A stretch of 64,000 nt of DNA, taken from NCBI GenBank assembly GCA_965219605.1, contig CBDCOC010000004.1, positions 28,000-91,999 of the forward strand. The letters run 5' to 3'. Below are positions 44,750 to 54,195 of the stretch, piece by piece (positions within the stretch are counted from its first letter, which is position 1; the number at the start of each line of letters is the position of its first letter). The notes under the pieces are model-generated. The model saw nothing but the letters and a program-made list of their open reading frames with translations, did no database searches and had not been told where the DNA came from. A program made the position numbers and the translations under genes. The DNA is from Bryobacterales bacterium (GTDB lineage: Bacteria; Acidobacteriota; Terriglobia; Bryobacterales; UBA6623).

Positions 44750-45652
44750 TTATATCTTAGGTTCATGAGTTTCTAACGGAATTCTGACGCGGAAGGGCAG
44801 CAGTGCCGGCGTCCGAGACTTGTAGCGCGCATAGGCGGGATACTTTTTCTCGGATAGCCGCTCCGTCATGCGGATAACTCCGAGGAGCTGCATCGACAGC
44901 AGCGCTATGCCGAGACCGGTCCAGTGCAGCCACTGCCCGGATGCGGATACCGCAAATAGATTGAATGCAGACCACATCCCGATCTCGCACAGGTATGACG
45001 GATGGCGGCTGTAGCGAAACAGGCCCGTAGTGATGAAGGGCTGGACAACCTTCTCCCCGGCGGCAACCCTGCGCTTCTTGTCCTGCTGAAAAGCCCACAT
45101 CTGCTGGTCGCTAATGGATTCGCCGCAGAAACCGGCTAGGAAGAGCAGCAGGGCAAGGCCGTCCAGCCACCCTAGCGGCTGGCTCTTCCAGACCCACGCT
45201 TGATGCACCGGCGAGGTGAAGAGCCAAGGGAGCAGCAGCTGGCTCGGCGTGAACAAGACTATGCTGAGCAGGCGATACCGGAGCGGGCCGATCCTCTCTT
45301 TCAGGGACTCCCAGCGGTAGTCCCTGTAACTCTTCCGGTAACCGCCCTTGCGGACGAAATTAAAGGTCATCCTTGCCGCCCAAAGGAACGCGAGTGCTGT
45401 CATCACGTTGACGCGAACAGCGTCGAAGCCGCCCGTCAGCACGAGTGCCAGGCAGCACGCCGGCGGGGTCAGCGCCCATAGGCGGTCCAGCCATTCGCTG
45501 CAATCGCCGGTGACCAGCGACAACGCCCACACCAGCACCACGAGGCACAGGCACAAATCCAGCGAGCTGCCGAAGGGCTGCCCGCTGAGAGGATGGCTGA
45601 TCAGATCTAGCGCGGACACTTCGGAAACCTGCCGGCGGGACTGTCCCGGCAC
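44750..45652 (-). CDS. DUF1295 family membrane protein (steroid 5-alpha-reductase / ICMT-like fold)
   Basis: The C-terminal block GLFRYSRHPSYLCEIGMW...EKKYPAYARYKSRTPALLPF is the DUF1295 signature. Multiple TM helices are present. Confidence 0.7.
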   Translation of the reverse strand: MPGQSRRQVSEVSALDLISHPLSGQPFGSSLDLCLCLVVLVWALSLVTGDCSEWLDRLWALTPPACCLALVLTGGFDAVRVNVMTALAFLWAARMTFNFVRKGGYRKSYRDYRWESLKERIGPLRYRLLSIVLFTPSQLLLPWLFTSPVHQAWVWKSQPLGWLDGLALLLFLAGFCGESISDQQMWAFQQDKKRRVAAGEKVVQPFITTGLFRYSRHPSYLCEIGMWSAFNLFAVSASGQWLHWTGLGIALLSMQLLGVIRMTERLSEKKYPAYARYKSRTPALLPFRVRIPLETHEPKI

Positions 45653-45713
45653 CGCTTCGCGCCTCGCCCGGATCGCCTGCGGCGCGGCTCCTGCCCTGAT
45701 GGCGGGCGCAGCG

Positions 45714-47402
45714 TCACGCGAGCTCCCCGCGCTTCAGCGCCTCGACCAGATATTCGGAAGCCCGCCGGGCGAGCGCCATCATGGTCAGCGTCGGGTTGAC
45801 GCACCCGATCGTGACAAAGGCCGCGCCGTCTGTGACGAACAGGTTCTTGACGTCATGGGCCTGGTTCCACCTGTTGAGCACGGACTTGCGCGGGTCATGG
45901 CCCATGCGCGCAGAGCCAACCTCGTGTGTCGCGCCGCCGGGCCAGCGCGGGGTTGTGATCTTACGAATGTCTTCGGCCCCGGCGGCGAGCAGCATTTCCT
46001 CGCCCTCGTCGGCGGAGTGCCGGAACAGGCGCATCTCGTTGTCGCCCCAAGTGACATGCATGTTCAGTGCCGGAATGCCCCAAGCGTCCTTGACGTGCGG
46101 GTCGAGCTTGACGTGATTCTCGTAGCGGGCCAGGCACTCGCTGGAGGTGCCCAGGCTGAAGCGCCAGTACGCATCGGACTCGCGCACCGCGCGCTTGAAG
46201 CCTGCCCCGAATCCGGGCACGCGGCTGATTGCGGCCGGCGAGCCATAGCTGGAGCCGTTGCGCATCTGCGCTCCGAAGCCGCGGATCATGCCGTTGGTAT
46301 GCGGGCGGTCGACGTTTAGGTAGCGCGGCAGGTAGAGTCCGTTGGGGCGCTGCGGCGGGCCGGCCCAGCGCCTGTCCTCCTTGACGGGCAGCACGCCGGA
46401 GACCCCGCCGAACATGTGGTCCATGACGTAGTGGCCCAAGGTGCCGGAAGAGTTGCAGAAGCCCTCGCCCGAATTGAGGAGGATACGCGTCGATTCGAGG
46501 GTTGAGGCCGACAAGACGACCACTCTGGCGCGAACCTTCCGCGGCGCGCGGGTCAGGCGGTCGTAGTAGGCCACGCCGTCGGCCAGGCCCGTGCCCCTGT
46601 CGGTGCTGACGTGGGACACCACGGCATCTGTCAGAACCTTGCAGTTGCCGGATTTCTCGGCATCCGCGACGGTGGTCCAAACGCTGGAGAAGTAGGAGTG
46701 GGTCACGCAGCCGTGCTCGCACGGGCCGCAGTAGTGGCAGGGCTGGCGGCCGTTGAGCGGCTGTGTCAGGATCGCAGTCCTGCCGATGGTGACATCGCGG
46801 CCGAAACGGGCGTTGACTCTCTGCTTGAAGTGCCGCTCGCCGCATGTCATCGCCATCGGCGGCTGCATGATGCTGTCCGGGAACTGCATCAGGCCGAGCG
46901 GTTCGCCGCTGAGGCCGACGTAGCGCTCGACTGTTTCGTAGTAGGGGGCCATTTCCTCGTCGGTCACGGGCCAATTCTCGCCGTAGCCGTCATGGCTGGC
47001 CGCGGAAAAGTCAAGCGGGGACAGGCGGTAGCTTTGGCGCCCCCAGGTCAGCGACCTTCCGCCGAGCTGGCGCCCGCGCGTCCACTGGAAAGGCTTGTCG
47101 GCAGGATAGGTGTAGGGATTGCGAATATCGTCTACGAACCATGAGAAATTCGACTCCCGGCAAGCGTACTTCATGCTTTGGATCGGACGGTTGCGCGCGA
47201 TCTCGGGGGATTGGCCGCGGTACTTGAGGTCGTAGGGGCGCAAGTGCTCCGTGAACTCGGCCGCGGTGGTGCGGTGGCCGGCTTCCAGCAGGGCCACCTG
47301 CAGGCCCGCCTCGGCAAGCGTCTTGGCCACCCAGCCGCCCGTCGCGCCGGAACCGACGATGACGGCGTCGAAAATGTCGTGATCCTTGGCGATGATCTGC
47401 AT
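45714..47402 (-). CDS. GMC-family FAD-dependent oxidoreductase
   Basis: The N-terminal FAD motif is FDAVIVGSGATGGWVAKTLAEAG. The C-terminal GMC_oxred_C block is HEVGSARMGHDPRKSVLNRWNQAHDVKNLFVTDGAAFVT. Confidence 0.85.
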   Translation of the reverse strand: MQIIAKDHDIFDAVIVGSGATGGWVAKTLAEAGLQVALLEAGHRTTAAEFTEHLRPYDLKYRGQSPEIARNRPIQSMKYACRESNFSWFVDDIRNPYTYPADKPFQWTRGRQLGGRSLTWGRQSYRLSPLDFSAASHDGYGENWPVTDEEMAPYYETVERYVGLSGEPLGLMQFPDSIMQPPMAMTCGERHFKQRVNARFGRDVTIGRTAILTQPLNGRQPCHYCGPCEHGCVTHSYFSSVWTTVADAEKSGNCKVLTDAVVSHVSTDRGTGLADGVAYYDRLTRAPRKVRARVVVLSASTLESTRILLNSGEGFCNSSGTLGHYVMDHMFGGVSGVLPVKEDRRWAGPPQRPNGLYLPRYLNVDRPHTNGMIRGFGAQMRNGSSYGSPAAISRVPGFGAGFKRAVRESDAYWRFSLGTSSECLARYENHVKLDPHVKDAWGIPALNMHVTWGDNEMRLFRHSADEGEEMLLAAGAEDIRKITTPRWPGGATHEVGSARMGHDPRKSVLNRWNQAHDVKNLFVTDGAAFVTIGCVNPTLTMMALARRASEYLVEALKRGELA

Positions 47403-47729
47403 GCGCCGGGCCCTCGCGCGGCCTGCCTGCTAGCCCGGCCCCGCGCTGTCTCACTCTCGCCCTTCCTGTTGAGGCTAGCAGAGTCCCAAGCACTTGCTGG
47501 CCCTCTTTTGCTCGCGCCCGCGCTCCGGATGCTCGCGAGGCGGCCTGATCGATCCGCGTGGGAGACTTGCCCCACCCGCTGACGTCTCGCCGGGCGGGGC
47601 GGGCAAGGGTTGGCGCTGGGCCGCAGGGCGTGCGCGCGGGGATCGACGGACGTAACCGGGACATGGCCGACGGGGAGAAAACCGCAGGGCGTGCGTGCGG
47701 GGATCGACGCCTGTGCCCCCGTCGGGCGG

Positions 47730-48848
47730 TTACGGCAGAAGCTCCGTCAGGCGGTCCACTTCCTGCGCGCTGTTGTAGACGTGTGGCGCGACGCGGATCC
47801 AGCCCATGCGCTCGGCCACCGATACACGCTGCTCCAACAGCGCTCGCACGGTCGCGGCGGAATCGGCGCCGCGCTTGCGGAGGGACACGATCCCCGAGCC
47901 GCTCGCGGCGGTGCGCTCTGCAGCCGCCGTGTACCCCTTGCCCAGCGCGCCGGAGAGCAGCCGGCCGGCCAAGGCGTCAATGCGGCGCGCTGCGACGTCC
48001 GGCCCGATGCGGTTCAGCAGCGCCAGCGATGCGCGCAGGCCGGCGCAGCCTGCCGAGTTCAGAGTGCCGCATTCGTAGCGGCGGGCACTTGGCTGCAGGC
48101 CGCCATCGTTGCGGTACTCCTCGAATCCCTGCAAGCTGGCCCAGCCCAGCTCGGCCGGCTCCACCAGCGGCATGACCTCGCGATCGATGTACAGGATGCC
48201 GCAGCCCTCCGGGCCGGCCAGCCACTTGTGGCCGGATGCGGCCAGCGCGTGGACGCCGCAAGCCTTGACGTCGAGCGGGAATGCGCCCATGCCCTGGACG
48301 GCATCCAGCACGAGCAGGCAGCCGCGCCGCCGGCAGATCTCGCCGACCGCGGCCAGGTCCCAGCGGAACCCGGTCAAGAAATGCACATAGCTGAGCGCGG
48401 CCAGCCGGGCGCCCTTGCAGGCTTGGTCCAGATCGTCCAGATCCAGCCGCCCCCGGCGCAGATCCAAGCTGCGGAAGCGCGCGCCGCGGCGCTGCTGCAG
48501 TTCCCGCCACGGCACGTAGTTGGCGGGGAAATCGCCGGCCAGCCCGACCACGATGTCGCTGTTGCGCCAATCGATACCGTTGGCAATGACGCACAACCCT
48601 TCCGAAGTGTTCTTGGTGATCGCGACCTCGTCCGGGCAGCAGCCGAGCATGGCTGCGGTCTCGCCGCGCAGGCCCGCGTAATCCTCGACCCACCGCTCGT
48701 AGCCATGCACGCCGTGCCGTAGCGCGACCTCGATCTGCGCCCGCATCGCTTCCGCCGCGGGCAGCGAGAGCGGGCCGATGGCGGCGTTGTTGAAATAGGC
48801 GTAGCTGGCGGTTACCGGGAAGTTCGCTCGTATCGTTGCGGTGTCCAT
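47730..48848 (-). CDS. Aminotransferase class V (PLP-dependent; cysteine desulfurase / isopenicillin-N epimerase-like)
   Basis: YFNNAAIGP is near the N-terminus. The PLP-lysine context is SGHKWLAGPEGCGILY. The protein is 372 aa. Confidence 0.8.
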   Translation of the reverse strand: MDTATIRANFPVTASYAYFNNAAIGPLSLPAAEAMRAQIEVALRHGVHGYERWVEDYAGLRGETAAMLGCCPDEVAITKNTSEGLCVIANGIDWRNSDIVVGLAGDFPANYVPWRELQQRRGARFRSLDLRRGRLDLDDLDQACKGARLAALSYVHFLTGFRWDLAAVGEICRRRGCLLVLDAVQGMGAFPLDVKACGVHALAASGHKWLAGPEGCGILYIDREVMPLVEPAELGWASLQGFEEYRNDGGLQPSARRYECGTLNSAGCAGLRASLALLNRIGPDVAARRIDALAGRLLSGALGKGYTAAAERTAASGSGIVSLRKRGADSAATVRALLEQRVSVAERMGWIRVAPHVYNSAQEVDRLTELLP

Positions 48849-48992
48849 GCGTGGCGCGGGAGAGGCAAGCCGCCGGACGGGCTTGATCCTGCCTAGTTTA
48901 GACCCCAGCCACGCGCCGAGTCGCGAGACGGTCTATACTAAACATGCCCAGCCAGCCGAATCTTCTGCCTGGCCACTGGAGGTGCGCTCGCC

Positions 48993-50009
48993 ATGACTTG
49001 GAGGGGGAAATGCCTGCCGCTCGCGCTCGCGCTGCTGGTTGCCGGCGTTCTGCCCGCCAACGACGAGGACTCGAAAGGCGGCAAGCCGAAGAACGCCAGG
49101 CAGGATGTCGAAGCGATCGGCGAGCGTGACGTCGGCAAGGGGGTCAACTTCTACTCGATCGAGAAGGAAATCGCGCTCGGCAAGCGCATGGCCCAGGACG
49201 TCGAACGCAACTCCAAGATTGTCGACGATCCCGTGATCGCCGAGTACGTGAACCGGGTGGGCCAGAACTTGGTCCGCAATTCCGATGCCAAGGTGCCGTT
49301 CACGATCAAGCTCATCGACAGCCCCGACATCAACGCTTTCGCCCTGCCGGGCGGCTTCTTCTTCGTCAATTCCGGCCTGATGCTGCGGGCTGAGAGCGAG
49401 TCCGAGCTTGCCGGCGTCATGGCGCACGAGATCGCCCACGTGGCGGCCCGCCACGGCACCCGCCAAGCCACCAAGGGCCAGCTGGTGCAGATCGCCTCGA
49501 TCCCGCTGCTGTTCATCGGCGGCTGGACGGGCTACGGCATCTACCAAGCCAGCAACTTCCTGATCCCCATGACCTTCCTGAAGTTCTCGAGACGCATGGA
49601 GTCGGAAGCCGATTTCCTGGGCGTGCAATACCTTTACAAGGCGGGATACGACCCGACCTCGTTCGTCGACTTCTTCGAAAAGATGCTGGCCGACGAGAAA
49701 CGCCGCCCGGGCACGATTTCGAAACTGTTCCGCAGCCACCCGCCGCACGGTTCGCGCATTCGCAAGACGCAGAAAAACATTGACACCCTGCTGCCGGGCA
49801 AGGCCGAGTATGTCGTCAACACCTCGGAGTTCCTGCAGGTCAAGGCCCGGCTCGAGCAGCTCGTGCTGCGCCGCAAGGAAGCCTCCGACGACCCCAGCAA
49901 GCCGCGCCTGCGGCGGACAAGTTCCGGGGGCACGATACCGACCGACGATATCGACGTGGAATCGACGGAAGAGGAAGAGGACGAGCGTCCGACGCTCAAG
50001 CGCCGCTGA
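48993..50009 (+). CDS. M48-family zinc metalloprotease (BepA/LoiP-like), secreted
   Basis: Signal peptide followed by the HEIAH zinc motif (MAHEIAHVAARH), with ESEADFLGV supplying the downstream glutamate. Confidence 0.85.
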   Translation: MTWRGKCLPLALALLVAGVLPANDEDSKGGKPKNARQDVEAIGERDVGKGVNFYSIEKEIALGKRMAQDVERNSKIVDDPVIAEYVNRVGQNLVRNSDAKVPFTIKLIDSPDINAFALPGGFFFVNSGLMLRAESESELAGVMAHEIAHVAARHGTRQATKGQLVQIASIPLLFIGGWTGYGIYQASNFLIPMTFLKFSRRMESEADFLGVQYLYKAGYDPTSFVDFFEKMLADEKRRPGTISKLFRSHPPHGSRIRKTQKNIDTLLPGKAEYVVNTSEFLQVKARLEQLVLRRKEASDDPSKPRLRRTSSGGTIPTDDIDVESTEEEEDERPTLKRR

Positions 50010-50019
50010 GCGCGCACCT

Positions 50020-51867
50020 TCAGTCGGCGTTAATGCTGCGGCCGAGATCGCGCGGTCGGTCTACGTCGCAGCCCCGCAGCACGGCCGTATGGTAGGCCAG
50101 CAGTTGCAGCGGGATGTGGGCGACCGCCGCTTGGAGCGGCTCGCGCACGGCCGGCACGCGGATCACTTCGTGAGCGTATTGGGCGATGCACGCGTCCTCC
50201 TCGTTCGCGACGCAAATGACCCGGCCTTGGCGCACCGTCACCTCCCGCACCTGGGATAGCGTTTTTTCGTAGCGCAGCCGGCTGCGAGCGTCGCCTTGGT
50301 CGACTGTGGCGATCACCACCGCGACCAGGTCCGAGCCGACGACCGCAGTGGGGCCGTGGCGCATCTCGCCGGCCGCGCAAGCCTCCGCCTGGATGCCGGA
50401 CAACTCCTTGAGCATGCGCGCCGCCTCCAGCGCGATCGGATAGTGGATGCCGCGCCCTAGGTAGAGGACTTTGCCCTCGTGGGCGAGCTGGCGCGCCACG
50501 CGCTCGCAGTCGGAGGCCAGTTCCAAGGCCGACTCGACCCGGCTGGGAAGCTCCAGCAAGTCGTGCGCGTGCCGTCGCGACATGTCGCGGGAGAGTGCGC
50601 CGCGGGCCTGGCCCAAGTACATCGCGAAGAGGTACAGCGCCGTCAGCTGCGCAGAGAAGACCTTGGTGGAGACAGCCGCCAGTTCGGGGCCGGCGTGGGT
50701 GTGGATCGCACCGCGGGCGTTGTGGGCCATCGTCGAGTCGACGGAATTGCAGATGGCGATGGTCTTCGACCCTAGTTCGTGCGCCAGCTGCTGCGCCGCC
50801 AGGGTATCGGCGGTCTCCCCGGACTTGCTGATGACCAGCGAGAGCACACCCTCGTCGATGACGGGGTCGCTGTAGCGGAACTCGCTGCCGAATTCCACCT
50901 CCACATGCACGCGGGCCAAGCCCTCGATCATGCTCTTGGCGATCAGCGCGGCATGCCACGAGCTTCCCGAGCCGATTACATTCAGGTGCTGCACTGCCCG
51001 TAGCTCGCGGAGCGTCACGCCCAACTCGTCGAACACCACGTTGCCGCTCTCCTCATCCAAGCGGCCAAGGGACGTATCCCGTATGGCGCGCGGCTGCTCG
51101 AAGATCTCCTTGAGGACGAAGTGCTTGTAGCCGCTCTTTTCCGCCAGCAGCGGATCCCACAAGACGTGATGCACCGAGCGCGTCACGCGCCGAGCGTCGG
51201 AATCCATCATCTGCACCCCGCGCGCGGTCAGGACTGCGATATCGCCGTCCTCGAGCTGGATCATGTCGCGCGTCCGGTGCAGGATGGCGGGCTTGTCCGA
51301 GGCGATGAAATTCTCGTGCTTGCCCAAGCCGACCAGCACGGGCCTGCCTAGGCGCGCCGCCACTACCTTGCCTGCCTCGTCGCTGGCAATCGCGGCGAGC
51401 GCGCAGATGCCCTCGATGTGGGCCGCCAAGCGCCGCACGGCTTCCTCGAGCGGCGCACCCTCTGCGCGCCAACGGTGGAGCAGCAGTTCCAAGGCCGCGG
51501 TGGCACCGATGGACTGCCGGCGCGCGGGGCCGGCCGGGAGCAGCTCCCGGATACCGTCGAGATTGCCTGCCTCGCCGGAAAGGACGACCGCGACGTCCCG
51601 CTTGGGCAGCTTGCCGGGCGCAGGCCGCGCAAGGTGGTGCGCTATCCAACTGGTGTGGCCCACGCCAAAGGTGCCGCGTACCGGATCGAGACGGGCCGCG
51701 GTTTCCAAATTGCGCAGGGTGCCGGTCGTGTGGCGCGAATGCAGGCGCTTGGACGAGCCGACGGAGAGCCCCGCCGAGTCGTGTCCGCCGTATTCGAGGC
51801 GGCGGAGACCGTCCAGTATGACCGCGGCCGCTTGCTTGCGCCCCGCGTATCCGACGATTCCAGCCAT
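50020..51867 (-). CDS. glmS: Glutamine--fructose-6-phosphate aminotransferase homolog with a degenerate glutaminase domain (Cys1 replaced by Ala)
   Basis: The 615-aa protein is collinear with GlmS (RLEYGGHDSAG; SIS domains; C-terminal PLQLLAYHTAVLRGCDVDRPRDLGRSI). It begins MAGIVGY rather than MCGIVGA, and the N98-G99 equivalent reads SG. The 822-aa ORF in the supplied track is an out-of-frame extension. Confidence 0.75.
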   Translation of the reverse strand: MAGIVGYAGRKQAAAVILDGLRRLEYGGHDSAGLSVGSSKRLHSRHTTGTLRNLETAARLDPVRGTFGVGHTSWIAHHLARPAPGKLPKRDVAVVLSGEAGNLDGIRELLPAGPARRQSIGATAALELLLHRWRAEGAPLEEAVRRLAAHIEGICALAAIASDEAGKVVAARLGRPVLVGLGKHENFIASDKPAILHRTRDMIQLEDGDIAVLTARGVQMMDSDARRVTRSVHHVLWDPLLAEKSGYKHFVLKEIFEQPRAIRDTSLGRLDEESGNVVFDELGVTLRELRAVQHLNVIGSGSSWHAALIAKSMIEGLARVHVEVEFGSEFRYSDPVIDEGVLSLVISKSGETADTLAAQQLAHELGSKTIAICNSVDSTMAHNARGAIHTHAGPELAAVSTKVFSAQLTALYLFAMYLGQARGALSRDMSRRHAHDLLELPSRVESALELASDCERVARQLAHEGKVLYLGRGIHYPIALEAARMLKELSGIQAEACAAGEMRHGPTAVVGSDLVAVVIATVDQGDARSRLRYEKTLSQVREVTVRQGRVICVANEEDACIAQYAHEVIRVPAVREPLQAAVAHIPLQLLAYHTAVLRGCDVDRPRDLGRSINAD

Positions 51868-51881
51868 GGCGCTCGCCCGGG

Positions 51882-52133
51882 CTAGGGACCGTCTAGCACG
51901 CTTACTTCGTAATCTTCGATCACCGGATTGGAGAGCACCTCGGCAGCTATCCGCTCCACGCGCTCGCGGGCGGCTTGGGGACTGCTGCCGGGAGCGAGCT
52001 CGATCTCGAAGAACTTGCCTTGGCGCACGTCGACGACTTCGGCGTGGCCATGCCCCTGCAGCGCCTTGGTGATGGCGCGTCCCTGCGGATCTAGCACGGT
52101 TCGTTTCGGGGCGACTCGGACGATGGCCTTCAA
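51882..52133 (-). CDS. purS: Phosphoribosylformylglycinamidine synthase subunit PurS
   Basis: 83 aa. The MKAIVRV..KRTVLDPQG..I...L...G......V..GK.FEIE pattern is typical of PurS. Confidence 0.8.
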   Translation of the reverse strand: MKAIVRVAPKRTVLDPQGRAITKALQGHGHAEVVDVRQGKFFEIELAPGSSPQAARERVERIAAEVLSNPVIEDYEVSVLDGP

Positions 52134-52258
52134 GCCCCATTATATCGGGCTGCCGCGGCGCCGGATGCTCCGATCCGTTGCGCCGGTTGCCGCGCGCGCC
52201 CGGCCCGGCGGCCCTGCACGCCTGTCTTGGCCGCGCCTTGCGCCCTGCGGCGCGAGCG

Positions 52259-53629
52259 CTACTTGCCGATGCAGAAGGTCGAGAAGATTTGCTCCAAGAT
52301 GTCGTCCACCGAGGTTGCGCCCGTGATGGCGTCCAGCGGCTGGAGAGCTTCGTACAGGTCGAGCAGCAGCATTTCGTGCGGGACGCTCGCGCGAACGCCC
52401 GCCATGGCCCGTTGCAGGCACTGCAACGCTTCGCGCAGCAAGCGCTCCTGGCGGATGTTGGTGACCAGCGCTCCCTCGTGCGACGCATCCAGGCCGGGCA
52501 GCGCGCGCTCGCGGATCCGCTCGCGCAGGCTTGCGATGCCGTCGCCCGTCTTGGCCGACACGGCGATCATTTCGTCCGCGCCGGGGCGCTGGCGCGGCAG
52601 GTCGAGTTTGTTGCCCACCAGCAGTGCCGGGCAGAGCGAGCTCGCCCGCTGCCATAATTCGTCGTCTTGGCACGCGCCGGGCTGCGACAAGTCCACGACG
52701 ACCAAGGCGCAGTCGGCCTCCTGCAAGCTCTGCCACGAGCGCTGGACGCCCTCCGCTTCGATCTCGCCAGCGGCCGCCCGGATGCCGGCGGTGTCCAGCA
52801 GTTCCACCGGCACCCCGTCGAATGACACTGTCTCGTTGATCGAGTCGCGCGTTGTGCCCGCGGCGGCGTTGACGATGGCCCTCTCGCGCCCCAAGAGACG
52901 GTTGAACAGGCTGGACTTGCCCACGTTCGGGCGGCCAATGATGGCAAGGCGCAGCCCGCCGCGCACCACCTTGCCGATACAGAAGCCGGCCGCCAAGGCG
53001 TTGACCTGCCGCTCGATCTCCGCCAGTGCCCCCGCGACCGCCGCGCTGTCCTCGACCTCTACGTCGTCCTCGGCGAAGTCAATGCCGGCCTCCAAGCGTG
53101 CAATCAGCGCTAGCAGACCCTGCTTGATGCCACGCAGCCGCTTGGACAGCGCCCCGGTTGTCTGCTGGGCGGCAAGCCTGGCTTGGTAGAGGGTGACAGA
53201 GTCGATCAGGTCGCGCACCGCCTCGGCTTGGACCAGATCCATGCGCCCGTTGCGCCAGGCGCGCCGCGTGAACTCGCCCGGCTCTGCCAGCCGGGCCCCC
53301 AGCTCGGCGGCGCGCTCGAGTGCGTGGCGCAGCACCGGCGGCGCGCCGTGGCACGAAATCTCGACCAAGTCCTCGCCGGTATAGCTGGCCGGCGCCCGGA
53401 ACAGCGTCACCAGCACTTGATCCACCACGGCGCCGGCGGCATCGACCAAGGCATCGACGGCTGTCTCGCGCGGCCGCCAGCGCTTGCGCCGCAAGAGGCC
53501 GCCGGCGATTTCAACCGCCTTGGGCCCGGAGAGACGGACCAGCCCGACCGCCGAGCGGCCGGGCGGCGTGGCGGGCGCGACGATGGTGTCCGCGGCCGCT
53601 GCCGACAGGTGCGGGTTGAGAGGTGGCAC
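52259..53629 (-). CDS. mnmE: tRNA uridine-5-carboxymethylaminomethyl modification GTPase MnmE
   Basis: G-domain motifs GRPNVGKSSL, DTAG and NKLD. The C-terminus ends in the CIGK tetrapeptide diagnostic of MnmE. Confidence 0.9.
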   Translation of the reverse strand: MPPLNPHLSAAAADTIVAPATPPGRSAVGLVRLSGPKAVEIAGGLLRRKRWRPRETAVDALVDAAGAVVDQVLVTLFRAPASYTGEDLVEISCHGAPPVLRHALERAAELGARLAEPGEFTRRAWRNGRMDLVQAEAVRDLIDSVTLYQARLAAQQTTGALSKRLRGIKQGLLALIARLEAGIDFAEDDVEVEDSAAVAGALAEIERQVNALAAGFCIGKVVRGGLRLAIIGRPNVGKSSLFNRLLGRERAIVNAAAGTTRDSINETVSFDGVPVELLDTAGIRAAAGEIEAEGVQRSWQSLQEADCALVVVDLSQPGACQDDELWQRASSLCPALLVGNKLDLPRQRPGADEMIAVSAKTGDGIASLRERIRERALPGLDASHEGALVTNIRQERLLREALQCLQRAMAGVRASVPHEMLLLDLYEALQPLDAITGATSVDDILEQIFSTFCIGK

Positions 53630-53679
53630 GGCCGATTCCGGGGGATTCCAGCCCGCCTGCTGCCGCGGGGCGGCCTGCG

Positions 53680-54186
53680 CTAGCTGTCGGTGCCGGCGCG
53701 CGTCTCGATCACCGTGTAGCGGTTCGGAGGAGTGCCCTCGGACGTTGTCGTGATCGCGTCGTCAGCGTTGAGCGTCACATGCACGATGCGCCGCTCGCGG
53801 GAAGTCATCGGACGGAACTTGTACGGCTTCCCGGTCTGCTTGACTTGCGCGGCAGCCTCGCGGGCCTTCTCGCACAGATCCGTGATCCGCTGCGTGCGGT
53901 AGTCGTTGACGTCGAAGATCAGGCGGTAGCGGTCCTCGTGCGGGACCCGCAGGGCCTCCAGCGTCAACTGCTCCAAAGCCAGCAGCAGTTCGGACCGGCG
54001 CTGGAGCAGCAGGGGCACGTCCTTGCCCTCGAAATCAACCATCAGTTCGGGCCCGATCACGGCCACCTTGCCCTGCACCTCGAATATGTCGTAGTCGAGG
54101 TCCAGATCTGCCGCTTCGAGCACTGGATTGAGGAAGTCATCGATCATCGGGCCGAGGGATTCAACCGTCCATTCGATGTCCGCCAT
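53680..54186 (-). CDS. jag: Jag/KhpB-like RNA-binding protein (KH + R3H)
   Basis: 168 aa. An R3H-like C-terminus (ERRIVHVTL) is present. The gene sits in the conserved position between yidC and mnmE. Confidence 0.75.
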   Translation of the reverse strand: MADIEWTVESLGPMIDDFLNPVLEAADLDLDYDIFEVQGKVAVIGPELMVDFEGKDVPLLLQRRSELLLALEQLTLEALRVPHEDRYRLIFDVNDYRTQRITDLCEKAREAAAQVKQTGKPYKFRPMTSRERRIVHVTLNADDAITTTSEGTPPNRYTVIETRAGTDS

Positions 54187-54195
54187 GGTTGTCTT

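Noticed and set aside
50020-52488. 822-aa single ORF covering glmS and running across purS
   Set aside because: The N-terminal ~206 aa is low-complexity Arg/Ala-rich and out of frame with the PurS gene it overlaps. Clear GlmS homology starts at Met 51867.
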